From IMG/VR virus record IMGVR_UViG_3300037400_003220, positions 1 to 64,000 of that record: 64,000 nucleotides of DNA, one strand, 5' to 3'. The stretch comes from a virus (taxonomy: Duplodnaviria > Caudoviricetes). Below are positions 46,126-56,397 of the stretch, one piece after another. The position numbers were made by a program, and so were the translations under genes. A model generated the notes under the pieces. The model was not told the DNA's origin and did not search any database. It worked only from the letters and a program-made list of their open reading frames with translations. Position 1 is the first letter of the stretch; every line of letters starts with the position of its first letter.

Positions 46126-48825
46126 ATGAAAGATAAATATATTGTCAAATCTGGTTATAATGAGTTTCCAGCATCTGAATATCAGATAGAAATTTTTAAA
46201 ACAATTGAGAAAGGCGTTAATAATTTGATCATTAATGCTTCGGCTGGTAGTTCAAAAACGACAACTATCGTTAATGCAATTAGATTTATTCCAGAAAAAA
46301 AGAAGATTTTATTCGTTGCATTTAATAAGGATATTGTCGAAAAAATTAGAAGTGAAGCAGAACATAAAAATGTTAATGTATGTACTTTCCACTCTCTCGG
46401 ATTTTCAATTTTGCTCGAACATTTCTCGCGCGCGTGCGAAAACAAGTATATACAAAACCAAGATTTAATAAATATAGATATATATAAATATAATAATTAT
46501 TTGTATAATAATATAGATCTTATAACCAGGTTTAAAGAAACCAATAGTCTGGGGAAGCGCAAAAATTTATACGTTAATAATATTAAAAAATTAATTGATT
46601 ATTGTCGTTATTATTTAGCATTTACTATAAAAGAAATAACTAGAGTAGGAGAATTATACGGAGTTGTACCTATTCGAGACGAATACGAGGTTGTTTGCCA
46701 GATTCTTCTGTGGGGAAAAGAGAATATATCCAGTATTGATTACACCGATATGATTTGGCTTCCAAATGTTCTAAATTTAACCACAAAGTCCAATTTATAC
46801 GATTGGATATTTATCGACGAAGCACAAGATACGTCAATCGCAGAACAGGAATTAGTTGAGCGGTGTTTCAGAAGAGGCACTAAATTTGTGGCCGTTGGTG
46901 ATGATGCGCAATGCCAACCATCTGGCACAAAAATATTAATGTGTGACGGAACTGAAAAAAATATAGAAGATATAAAAATCGGTGATGAAATAGTTACATA
47001 TGCAGATAAAAGTCGCTCTACTTTTATTGGATATAAATGTAGGTATAATATATATAACAGGCGAGTTACTGCTATATCAAACAGGTGCGTCAATAAAACC
47101 ATTCTACTTAAGACTGAGAACGGATTACAAAGTGAATATTCACTAAATCACTTATGTTATGCAAAATTTAACGGAGAAAAATGTAAAAATAAATTTATTC
47201 TTTATTTAATGTGTGATAGTAATAAGTCAAGATTTAGAATAGGGACTACAAGACTATTTAATCCAATATCTATAAATACATTTGGCCTTAAAGCAAGAAT
47301 GAGAAGCGAAAACTGCACCTATGGTTGGATTTTAAATATATATGATGATTTACATAAATGCCACATGGATGAAATATTATATTCTCTAAAGTATGGTATA
47401 CCACAAATAATATTTGAACCAGAAAGAGCGGGAACAAAATCACTAACAAAAGATGATGTTTCTTGGCTTTATAGTAATCTAGGTTATTCAATAAGAGAAA
47501 GAGCAGAGGAATTGCTTACTTTTTTTAATAAAGACATAAATTTTCCGTTTGCAAATCAGTCTTCTTATGAGAAAGACTCAAGGGATTATATGAGAACATT
47601 TGCAGCATGTAACCTCTTTAAAGATATAATGGATGTTAAATATTTTGATAAAGACAAATTAGAGATTAGAACACATGGTAAAAACGGAAAAAAAGATTTA
47701 GTTAGAAAGGGATACTATACAAATATAATAGATTTAAATGTTCTTAATGAACCAAAAAAAGTTTATTCAATCAATGTAGAAAAAGAACATAATTATGTAG
47801 CCGATGGCATATTAACACACAATTGTATCAATATTTGGGCTGGCTCAACTGAAGAAGCAATAGAAAGATTTCAAAAACACCCAAACACAATAACCTGTAA
47901 ATTACCAATATCATACCGCTGTCCAAAGAAAGTTATTGAATTGGCTAAACAATATTCAGATAATATCGTGGCTTATGAAAATGCAATAGAAGGTGAAGTA
48001 AATTATGATGTTTCTATATATGAGCCGAAAAACAATGATATGGTTTTATGCAGAACGACAGCACCGCTTATTGAGTTGCACTTAAACTATTTAAGATGTA
48101 ATAAGAAATCATTTATCAGAGGAAATGAAAACATAAAAGAACGATTTACCGACTTAATAAATTCAACTCAATGTACACTTATTGATAAAAACTGTATAAC
48201 TTCAGATGGTTTAATCCCGAAACTTTATACATTACTATTTGACGAGATTGAAAAATTAAAATTCAATGGGCTAAACGAGGACGATGCTATTACACATCCA
48301 TCTGTTTTACAACTATATGACGATATTGAAGCAATATGTGTTTTGTCCGAAGGATTAACAAGCGTTGATGATTTACTATCAAAAATAAACACAGTATTCA
48401 TGGGTGAGGAAGATGACGCAATAGTTTTGTCAACGGTACATAAGGCGAAGGGTCTTGAGGCTGATAATATCTTCATCTACTATCCATCTCTAATGCCACT
48501 AAAACTCGCAACGAAAGACTGGGAAATTAAAACCGAGGACAATCTAATCTATGTTGCATATACCAGAGCAAAGAAAACACTTAACTTTATGAAAGAAGAT
48601 AAGTATAATCATAGAATGAATGGTTATTTTAATATAGACAAAATGAAAGCCCAATTAAAAACCATTAAAGAGAAAATAGATTACAACAAAGAACTAGGCG
48701 TAACAGAGAAAAATTACGAACAAACACATGAAAAACCAAGAATTAAACTAGGGGAAGAGAACAAAATGCAGGTAAAATTGAACAAAAAAGTTAAGGCTGG
48801 TATAAAAATGCGTGATTTATTATAA
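46126..48825 (+). CDS. uvrD: UvrD/Rep SF1 helicase with an intein
   Basis: ASAGSSKTT, IDEAQD, VGDDAQ|...|CINIWAG, SYRCP, STVHKAKGLEAD, YVAYTRAK. Confidence 0.9.
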   Translation: MKDKYIVKSGYNEFPASEYQIEIFKTIEKGVNNLIINASAGSSKTTTIVNAIRFIPEKKKILFVAFNKDIVEKIRSEAEHKNVNVCTFHSLGFSILLEHFSRACENKYIQNQDLINIDIYKYNNYLYNNIDLITRFKETNSLGKRKNLYVNNIKKLIDYCRYYLAFTIKEITRVGELYGVVPIRDEYEVVCQILLWGKENISSIDYTDMIWLPNVLNLTTKSNLYDWIFIDEAQDTSIAEQELVERCFRRGTKFVAVGDDAQCQPSGTKILMCDGTEKNIEDIKIGDEIVTYADKSRSTFIGYKCRYNIYNRRVTAISNRCVNKTILLKTENGLQSEYSLNHLCYAKFNGEKCKNKFILYLMCDSNKSRFRIGTTRLFNPISINTFGLKARMRSENCTYGWILNIYDDLHKCHMDEILYSLKYGIPQIIFEPERAGTKSLTKDDVSWLYSNLGYSIRERAEELLTFFNKDINFPFANQSSYEKDSRDYMRTFAACNLFKDIMDVKYFDKDKLEIRTHGKNGKKDLVRKGYYTNIIDLNVLNEPKKVYSINVEKEHNYVADGILTHNCINIWAGSTEEAIERFQKHPNTITCKLPISYRCPKKVIELAKQYSDNIVAYENAIEGEVNYDVSIYEPKNNDMVLCRTTAPLIELHLNYLRCNKKSFIRGNENIKERFTDLINSTQCTLIDKNCITSDGLIPKLYTLLFDEIEKLKFNGLNEDDAITHPSVLQLYDDIEAICVLSEGLTSVDDLLSKINTVFMGEEDDAIVLSTVHKAKGLEADNIFIYYPSLMPLKLATKDWEIKTEDNLIYVAYTRAKKTLNFMKEDKYNHRMNGYFNIDKMKAQLKTIKEKIDYNKELGVTEKNYEQTHEKPRIKLGEENKMQVKLNKKVKAGIKMRDLL
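46912..47823 (+). mobile_element. intein (304 aa) in helicase motif III
   Basis: GDDAQ|CQPSGTKI...HNYVADGILTHN|CINI; no LAGLIDADG motif seen inside. Confidence 0.9.
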
Positions 48826-48872
48826 AATTTTGTATATTTGAAATGATAGATACAAATAAAAGGGAAAGTATA

Positions 48873-49970
48873 ATGGCAACGAAAAACAACAGAAAAAAAC
48901 ATTTGCCTACTCCAAAGGAGATCAAGGCATATCTTGATCAATATGTGATCGGACAAGAGGAAACAAAGAAAATTCTTTCAGTAGCAGTTTACAATCACTA
49001 CAAGAAACTCATATATAATTCACAGTATAGTGATATTACGGAACTGGAGAAATCAAACATTATTATAACAGGGCCGACTGGTAGCGGTAAAACATTGTTA
49101 GTCAGGACAATAGCAAAATTACTTGATGTACCGTATTACATTCAGGACTGTACAAAACTTACAGCCAGTGGATATGTTGGAAGTGATGTAGAGGACTGTC
49201 TTGCTGGTCTACTTCGTTCATGTAACTATGATATTCAGCGCGCACAGATGGGAATTGTAATGCTTGACGAGATTGACAAAACAGCAACAAAGGCTGCTGG
49301 CCCATCGATTACCAGAGACGTTTCTGGAGAATGTGTTCAACAATCTCTCCTTAAAATTGTTGAAGGAGATTTAGTCGGTGTGCAACCTCAGGGAGGAAGA
49401 AAACACCCAGAGCAACCACTTACTTATATTGATACGACAAATATTCTATTCATTGCATCTGGCGCATTTGTCGGCATAGAGGATATCGCAAGGAGGAGAC
49501 TTGGCCAAAACAGAATTGGATTTAATCAATCACAAGTTGAGCGCGTTGATAAGGAAAATTTGAAGGATTATATTAACTCTGAAGATATTCGTGAGTTTGG
49601 ATTTATACCTGAGTTTGTTGGACGCTTCCCAATTATTACTACGGTCTCTAAATTGGATAAAGAAAGCCTGAAAACAATTCTTGTAGAGCCAAAGAACTCC
49701 ATAGTGAAACAATATATTGAACTTCTAAGGATGGACAACACAAACCTAGTGTTCGATGATAAGGCAATAGATAAAATTGCAGAGATAGCATTTAACATTG
49801 GCACTGGTGCTCGTGCCTTGAGAAATATCGTAGAAACTGTTATGACCGATATTATGTACGAGGCTCCGTCAAACAGAGAAAAGAAAAAGCCAGAAAAGGT
49901 CGTCGTAACCGAAGAAATTGTCACAGAAAAGACAAATAACAAGTATAGGGCAGTGAAAAATGCTTGCTAA
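48873..49970 (+). CDS. clpX: ClpX ATPase lacking the N-terminal zinc-binding domain
   Basis: GPTGSGKT, GYVG pore loop, LDEIDK, RDVSGECVQQSLLK, GGRKHP, RIGF loop, GARALR. Confidence 0.92.
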   Translation: MATKNNRKKHLPTPKEIKAYLDQYVIGQEETKKILSVAVYNHYKKLIYNSQYSDITELEKSNIIITGPTGSGKTLLVRTIAKLLDVPYYIQDCTKLTASGYVGSDVEDCLAGLLRSCNYDIQRAQMGIVMLDEIDKTATKAAGPSITRDVSGECVQQSLLKIVEGDLVGVQPQGGRKHPEQPLTYIDTTNILFIASGAFVGIEDIARRRLGQNRIGFNQSQVERVDKENLKDYINSEDIREFGFIPEFVGRFPIITTVSKLDKESLKTILVEPKNSIVKQYIELLRMDNTNLVFDDKAIDKIAEIAFNIGTGARALRNIVETVMTDIMYEAPSNREKKKPEKVVVTEEIVTEKTNNKYRAVKNAC

Positions 49971-50001
49971 TACTATTTATGTATTAAAAACAAGCAAAAC
50001 A

Positions 50002-51003
50002 ATGAAAAAATTATTAAGATATTTAAAAATAGCATTCTACTCATTCTTCTATAGTATGAGAAGTGCTGACAAATTACTCGCAACAAGTAACAAGAATGAC
50101 GATTTAGATACTACTGGTGTTGGCGGAGTTGAACAACAGCAAGAACAGGATAGCGTTTGGCAAGACCTTTTGAAGGGTGAAGTAACGGAGAGGGTTAGAG
50201 AGTTGCGCCATGAGATGTATTATGCCGAACGAAAGTCACATGAATACGAATACGCTGGTGGAGGAAACGGCAGAAAGAATACAATGTTTTCATATAAAGG
50301 TAAAGTAGACCAGTCGGACGGTTATAGAGTAAAGATTGTTCAGGCAAACGGTGTTATTCCAACATGTTTAACTGACGCTGGTGTAGTTGTTTATGGAACA
50401 AACTCTGATATCTACAGCGAAAACGTTGATAATATAATCAGAAATAGGCCTAACTCAGAGAAGGAATACAGAATTAAGATTGATAGAGTAGATTACATAC
50501 CAAAATTCAAAATAGAAAATTACATCACAAAGTTAGTTGTTAAAGAGGTTCAAGACGATGTTGTGATGATTGATCTATATGTCAACAAGTATTATAACAA
50601 ATTAGAGGCAACAAGTAAATTATTCCACGCAGAAATGGAGAGAATATATCAAGGAATTGATACAAATACTAATCCTGGAGGAATTTTATACTTCAAACGA
50701 ATACACTTCATTGCTAAAAGTGCATTTGGCGTACCAGACTTAACAGAAGTGTCTTATGTTGATTTCAAATTTGATAATATTCTCGAATATGATGGACACT
50801 ACGTTCTTAAATTCTTTGCCAAGGAGGAAAAACAGGAGGATATGATTGATGAGTTCTATAATGAAGCAACTGCAAAGAAAATTGAGAACAATGAGATGCG
50901 AGAAGGTGCTACTATAAACCTTGCAGATGTAATGGCTACAAGCGATAAAAACAATTACGATGCAAAAGGTGCGCTTGATTTAATTAATAATATGAAGAAA
51001 TAA
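50002..51003 (+). CDS. hypothetical protein with N-terminal hydrophobic/basic segment
   Basis: Long ORF; start set at MKKLLR. Confidence 0.65.
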   Translation: MKKLLRYLKIAFYSFFYSMRSADKLLATSNKNDDLDTTGVGGVEQQQEQDSVWQDLLKGEVTERVRELRHEMYYAERKSHEYEYAGGGNGRKNTMFSYKGKVDQSDGYRVKIVQANGVIPTCLTDAGVVVYGTNSDIYSENVDNIIRNRPNSEKEYRIKIDRVDYIPKFKIENYITKLVVKEVQDDVVMIDLYVNKYYNKLEATSKLFHAEMERIYQGIDTNTNPGGILYFKRIHFIAKSAFGVPDLTEVSYVDFKFDNILEYDGHYVLKFFAKEEKQEDMIDEFYNEATAKKIENNEMREGATINLADVMATSDKNNYDAKGALDLINNMKK

Positions 51004-51069
51004 ATTTTGCTTTATATCCTATCAAAAGCAATTGGTGTCAAAACCAAACCGAAAGATTTAAATTCTTTC

Positions 51070-51101
51070 AAAAAGATGGTGAGTTAATCCTCACCATTTT
51101 C
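51070..51101. terminator. bidirectional terminator
   Basis: AAAAGATGGTGAG-TTAATC-CTCACCATTTT between convergent genes. Confidence 0.8.
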
Positions 51102-51479
51102 TTTTTCATCAGACTCGTTAGTTTCTTGTTTTTCCTGTTCCTCAAGTAATTTCTTTTGTTTCTTTTCTTCTAAAAGTCTGTTAAGTTCTTCAGTTAACTT
51201 TTCTTTACCAAGGTCTTCGATTCTTTCACACTCACACTTCGGTTTAATGTATTTATTTAGTGCTCGGCCGTTAGAACCATCAAGGCCACCTCTTACGAAC
51301 ATAACATAATCATTTACGTCTACATTTTTATATTCGTATGTCGCCCCGTTATTAAAAACTACCCTAAGTATTTTGTAATCATCTACAACATCTTCACATT
51401 CAGAATAGAATACATTACTTGAGTTGTACCAAACCCTATCCAAGCGTTTTTCTTGGTCATAATCTCTGTGTATTATCAT
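51084..51479 (-). CDS. KTSC-domain protein
   Basis: SSNV...LRVVFNNGATYEYKNV...SNGRALNKYIK. Confidence 0.7.
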   Translation of the reverse strand: MIIHRDYDQEKRLDRVWYNSSNVFYSECEDVVDDYKILRVVFNNGATYEYKNVDVNDYVMFVRGGLDGSNGRALNKYIKPKCECERIEDLGKEKLTEELNRLLEEKKQKKLLEEQEKQETNESDEKENGED

Positions 51480-51553
51480 ATTTTTTTGTATATTTAACTT
51501 GATTTATTTAGTATTAAATATATATTTTAAGAATGAAAAGGAAATAGAAAAAA

Positions 51554-54265
51554 ATGGGAAAATCAGAAGTACTTGACAAATATTTTTCAAAAGAACTAAC
51601 TTACGTTTTAGACTATATTATTGATAATGTTCACGAGGATATGCAATTTAATGAGATATCTCCGTACATTTTCTTATATAGTGCCCTAGAGAAACAGGAA
51701 TCAATGCTGTATACGGTGTTGAGTAGTTATTTAATCACTGAGATGATTGATAACATACACGACGAGTTAGTTTCTATGGAACATAAACATAGTCTAAGTA
51801 AAGAAATCGCTGATGTAAATAGGGGCAAGATAAAGCCAGAATTATCAAGAAGTTTAAGGGCATATCTAAATGACTCTTTAATAGATGTTCGCGAAACTGG
51901 TGCCGAGTTAATAAATACAGACCATGTTTTATTATCAATACTACGAGATAACGAAGATCCAGCATATGATAACGATATAATAACCCTATTCAGAGAGTAT
52001 GGGGTCACATATAAAGTATTATTTGGTATTTCTAAAAATTTAAGAGACACATTAAAGACTAACGATAAAAGCCAAAAGACTCCAGACGTGGAACCAGGAG
52101 AAGTAACCAGCAAATCTGATCAAGAAAAGAATAAGACAAAGGAGTTTATCGACGAGTTGGTTAAAAACATAAAGATTATTGATAAGGCGACAAACGGAAA
52201 TGCCAAAACACTTATAATTGGAGGCCCAAGCATTCCACAGGACGAAATAATTAATATGTTAGGCATTGGCGGGCAGACAAAAACAAATACACAAAAGGGT
52301 AATGGAAAGTCAATTCCTTATTGCACCAATATAAATGATCAAGTCAAGAAGAATAAATTTGACGCAATTGTAGGCAGAGAAAAGGAACTAAATGAGATTT
52401 TTAGAGTTCTAGGACGAAGAAAGACTAATAATGCTATATTAGTTGGTGATAGTGGCGTTGGAAAGACACAAATCGTTGTTGGCGTTGCACAAAAGATTCT
52501 CTCTGGAGAAGCGCCGATAATGTTTAAAGATAAGGAAGTTTGGAAATTCAACCCAACAGAGATGCTTGCTGGAACAACACTTAGAGGTATGTTTGAGGAG
52601 CGAATGGTAGCAATGACAAAAGCACTAAAAGACAACAAAAATGCCATTCTGTTTATAGACGACATTGATAATCTATTTGCCGAGAAGACAAAAGGTGATT
52701 ATGATGCTGGCGGCGTAATATCAGAACTGTTTTCAAATGGTGATGTACAGGTAATTGCCACAACAGACTTTAAGGGTTATAAAACATTATGTGACACAAA
52801 TCCTGGTATTTCTAAAAAATTGCAAAAGGTTTCTGTTGATGCATTAAATGAAGATGATACTTATAATATTTTGAAAGATAATAGAAAATATTATGAGGAT
52901 TTCCATAATGTAACTTATTCTGACAGCATACTTAAACTGTGTATTGATCTTTCTAAAAGATATATAACAGAGAAAACACTTCCGTCATCAGCAATTGATG
53001 TAATGGATGAACTCGGCTCATATAAGAAGATGAATAACGACCTAATTAACTCTATTAGATTCAGATATAAGGTACTTGAAGAAATAAAGGAAGCAATTGA
53101 AACCGCATCAAAGAAAGACGATTTTGATAAAGTAAGAGAGTATGGTCAACACGAAAGAGATATTAGATGTGACCTAGCACAATTAGAAGAAGAACAAAGA
53201 TCAAAGAAAAAACTAGAGGTTACAGAAGAAGATTTGTATACCACTATATCACAACACACAAATATCCCGATTGGTAAGTTAAAGAGTTCTGAAAAGACGG
53301 AACTAAGGCATATTGACGAAAAACTAAAAGAGATTATTATAGGTCAAGATGAAGCAATTGATATTGTTTCTAGGGCAATAAAGAGAAATAAGATTGGTTT
53401 ACACCAGAATAATAGGCCGATGGGTTGCTTTATGTTTGTAGGCCAGACTGGTACTGGTAAAACGCTATTGGCAAAGACATTAGCAAAAGAAATATTTGGT
53501 GATGAAAAATATCTAATCAGATTTGATATGTCAGAGTACAATGATAAAACTTCTGTTAATAAACTCATTGGTGCATCTGCTGGATATGTTGGCTATAACG
53601 AAGGTGGATTATTAACCGAGTCTGTGAAGAGAAACAAATACGCCGTTTTGCTTATTGACGAGATTGAGAAGGCGACAGAAGAAATATACAACCTATTCTT
53701 GCAAGTCTTTGATGAAGGGTTTTTGACTGATAATACTGGACAGAAGGTAGATTTTAAAAATACAATTATTATCCTAACATCAAATGTGGGAACAAAGAAG
53801 GCTGGACAGCACAAAGCACTTGGTTTTGCAGCAACAGAAGACGATTCGGTAAAGCACGGAATTATTGAAAAGGAAATTAAAGATAAATTTCCTCCAGAAT
53901 TTATTAACCGCTTGGATGAAATTGTATATTTCAACAACTTAGATGAAGATAACCTAAAAGAGATTATTAAGTTGGAAATGAAAAAACTTGAAGATAGGGT
54001 TAAGAATGTTGGATATTCTATTTCCTATAAAGATGATGTAGTTGATTTTCTACTTAAAAAAATTAAAGATGAGAAAGAATATGGTGCAAGGCCAATTATT
54101 CGAACAATTAGAGATAATATCGAAAATAAAATAACAGACTTAATTATTGATAATTTTAATCCAAATGTTATATTTTCTATAACAGTTAATGGAGACGAAG
54201 TCAAAGTAGAAGAAACTGTTAATATTGTATTTGACAAAGAAAATAATGTATATAAAATAGTTTAA
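51554..54265 (+). CDS. ClpC/ClpB-family double-AAA+ chaperone
   Basis: RRKTNNAILVGDSGVGKT, LFIDDID, GQTGTGKT, GYVGYNEGGLLTE, LIDEIEKA, LGF loop, PEFINRLDE, GARPIIR. Confidence 0.9.
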   Translation: MGKSEVLDKYFSKELTYVLDYIIDNVHEDMQFNEISPYIFLYSALEKQESMLYTVLSSYLITEMIDNIHDELVSMEHKHSLSKEIADVNRGKIKPELSRSLRAYLNDSLIDVRETGAELINTDHVLLSILRDNEDPAYDNDIITLFREYGVTYKVLFGISKNLRDTLKTNDKSQKTPDVEPGEVTSKSDQEKNKTKEFIDELVKNIKIIDKATNGNAKTLIIGGPSIPQDEIINMLGIGGQTKTNTQKGNGKSIPYCTNINDQVKKNKFDAIVGREKELNEIFRVLGRRKTNNAILVGDSGVGKTQIVVGVAQKILSGEAPIMFKDKEVWKFNPTEMLAGTTLRGMFEERMVAMTKALKDNKNAILFIDDIDNLFAEKTKGDYDAGGVISELFSNGDVQVIATTDFKGYKTLCDTNPGISKKLQKVSVDALNEDDTYNILKDNRKYYEDFHNVTYSDSILKLCIDLSKRYITEKTLPSSAIDVMDELGSYKKMNNDLINSIRFRYKVLEEIKEAIETASKKDDFDKVREYGQHERDIRCDLAQLEEEQRSKKKLEVTEEDLYTTISQHTNIPIGKLKSSEKTELRHIDEKLKEIIIGQDEAIDIVSRAIKRNKIGLHQNNRPMGCFMFVGQTGTGKTLLAKTLAKEIFGDEKYLIRFDMSEYNDKTSVNKLIGASAGYVGYNEGGLLTESVKRNKYAVLLIDEIEKATEEIYNLFLQVFDEGFLTDNTGQKVDFKNTIIILTSNVGTKKAGQHKALGFAATEDDSVKHGIIEKEIKDKFPPEFINRLDEIVYFNNLDEDNLKEIIKLEMKKLEDRVKNVGYSISYKDDVVDFLLKKIKDEKEYGARPIIRTIRDNIENKITDLIIDNFNPNVIFSITVNGDEVKVEETVNIVFDKENNVYKIV

Positions 54266-54269
54266 TATT

Positions 54270-54815
54270 ATGAGACAATTAACCGAAAAAGAAGTAGAAG
54301 AGGCAAAGAAGTTTGTGTCAGAAGGCCAATCAGATGAGGTGAAGGATTATCACTACACTGAGCAGGCTAGACAAAGTTATGTATCTGCAGTAAGAAAAGT
54401 TTATGATGGTAAAAATGAAGACATTATCAATCTAATGAATGGCCTCGCAGAAGAGGAAAGAAAGGATAAAGAACGCATCCTTGACGATGCTATTTCCAGC
54501 CTATCACTAATTCCTTACGGATTTGCCAGAATTATAAACGTCATTTTGAATACAACATATACGAACGAAGACTTTAAGGAAGTTGTAAAACAGGACGTAT
54601 TGTCAGCAGCACAGCATCTTAAGTGGTATATTGAAGAAACTCGCGAAGAAAAGAGAAAATTAACGAAGGCAGAAGAAGTTCGCAAGGAAATTGACGAAGC
54701 AAAAGCAATCTTCGAGAAATTAGCGCAAAAGAAAGAAGAACCAAAAGAGGAACCAAAGTTAACAATTTGGCAGAAAATAAAGAGATTTTTCTCTTGCAAA
54801 AAGTGTAATAAGTAA
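54270..54815 (+). CDS. hypothetical protein
   Basis: 181-aa ORF in a tightly packed operon. Confidence 0.65.
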   Translation: MRQLTEKEVEEAKKFVSEGQSDEVKDYHYTEQARQSYVSAVRKVYDGKNEDIINLMNGLAEEERKDKERILDDAISSLSLIPYGFARIINVILNTTYTNEDFKEVVKQDVLSAAQHLKWYIEETREEKRKLTKAEEVRKEIDEAKAIFEKLAQKKEEPKEEPKLTIWQKIKRFFSCKKCNK

Positions 54816-55102
54816 TGCAATACGACCCAAAAGACGTTCCAGCATTTAAGGAGGAGGTATGTAAGGTAACATGCCGAATGAAAGGTAAGTGTATCAATGA
54901 TAATAAAAACGATCATTGGTTCCTTATGTGCCCACACTACCATAGTTGGAAGTTAGGGTATACAAGTTTCGTCTGGGAATTATTAAAATGGCAAGAAGAA
55001 CACCCAGAAGAGATGGAGGAAAAACGCAAGAAAAATTTAGAGTTAGCAAAAAAATTAAAAGAACAAAAGAAAAAAGCAAAGAAAGATGAAGAAAAAGTTT
55101 AA
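54815..55102 (+). CDS. small Cys-containing hypothetical protein
   Basis: CxxxC...C...CPH followed by a Lys/Glu-rich tail. Confidence 0.6.
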   Translation: MQYDPKDVPAFKEEVCKVTCRMKGKCINDNKNDHWFLMCPHYHSWKLGYTSFVWELLKWQEEHPEEMEEKRKKNLELAKKLKEQKKKAKKDEEKV

Positions 55103-56009
55103 GAAGTATAGAGTTATTGGTGATATTCATGGGCGAAAAAATTGGATAGATTTAGTAACACCATTTGACGATGATACTTTGTATATCTTCATTGGAGACT
55201 ATACCGACCCATATTATTACGAAGGTGTTACTCACAAACAAATGATTGAGCAAATTTTACTAATGCTTCAATTCAAGAAAGAACATCCAGATAATGTTAT
55301 TTTACTAGTAGGGAATCACGATCTTCAATATATCGCAGATATTAGAGAAACTAATCGTTATGATTGGTTAAATGCAGCGCAAATATCTAAAATTTTTAAA
55401 GAGAATGAAGAGTTGTTTTATGGCGTTGCTTATCAAATAGGAGAAAAATATCTGGTAACCCATGCAGGTGTAACACTAGATTGGTATCAAAAGTGGATTG
55501 ATTATAAAAAAGATGATTTAACACTAGAAAGATTATGCGAACAAGTTAATGATTTGTGGCACAAGAATAAAGAGGCCTTCGCTTTTAGCAAGTCGGCTAA
55601 AATGAGCGACTATTATGGTTCAAGTTCAACGCATGGCCCATTATGGATACGCCCAACCTCATTGTGGGAGTATAATATTTTTGGTTTTGGAAGCGGTAAA
55701 ATTCAAATTGTCGGCCATACTCGTTTCGAGCATTACAGAGACGAATTTAAGGATTTAGATGGAACTATTGTACCAACTGGAACTCAAAAAGACGAGCCGA
55801 CAGAGGAAATGATTGACCGAGGTTTAGATTACTGGATTAATGATGGCGTGCACGTATGCAAACCAGTATATAACGACAACAATAACGTTGACATCATTCA
55901 GATTGACTGTCTAGAAGCAGAAACAGCATGTGTTGAAATTAATGGAGAGACATTAGAGTGGAAAAAGGTTTTAGTAGAGAATGACAAAACTGCAAAAGAT
56001 AATGGATAA
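55086..56009 (+). CDS. calcineurin-like metallophosphoesterase
   Basis: GDIHG, IGDYTD, GNHD, THAG, GHT motifs. Confidence 0.85.
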   Translation: MKKKFKKYRVIGDIHGRKNWIDLVTPFDDDTLYIFIGDYTDPYYYEGVTHKQMIEQILLMLQFKKEHPDNVILLVGNHDLQYIADIRETNRYDWLNAAQISKIFKENEELFYGVAYQIGEKYLVTHAGVTLDWYQKWIDYKKDDLTLERLCEQVNDLWHKNKEAFAFSKSAKMSDYYGSSSTHGPLWIRPTSLWEYNIFGFGSGKIQIVGHTRFEHYRDEFKDLDGTIVPTGTQKDEPTEEMIDRGLDYWINDGVHVCKPVYNDNNNVDIIQIDCLEAETACVEINGETLEWKKVLVENDKTAKDNG

Positions 56010-56376
56010 TTACTATGATGCACTTACTGCACATAGAATAAAACTAGATATAGTATATAATGAATTAGCCGATATATGGGGCAAAAACAAGAGGCCTAAA
56101 GTAATAAGACTGGCGGATGAAAACGATTACACAACTGGTTACCCAGTGATTTACAACAGAGAAAAATATTACGTAATTGCTCTTGAATTAAAGAAAGACG
56201 AAGTTCTTATTCACTTACAGAATCACAACACGGATATGTTTATTGCAGATGAGATTTGTTGGTATGGAAATCATGACTTAAAAACATTAGTTATTAATGA
56301 GGTGTCAAAGCATTTGGGGTATTTAATTGGTGAAGTAGAGAATGATAATACTAATAATAAAAAAAAAGAAAAGTAA
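56002..56376 (+). CDS. hypothetical protein
   Basis: ORF overlapping the previous stop; start set at MDNYY. Confidence 0.6.
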   Translation: MDNYYDALTAHRIKLDIVYNELADIWGKNKRPKVIRLADENDYTTGYPVIYNREKYYVIALELKKDEVLIHLQNHNTDMFIADEICWYGNHDLKTLVINEVSKHLGYLIGEVENDNTNNKKKEK

Positions 56377-56397
56377 TAGAATATAGGAGATTTTTAA

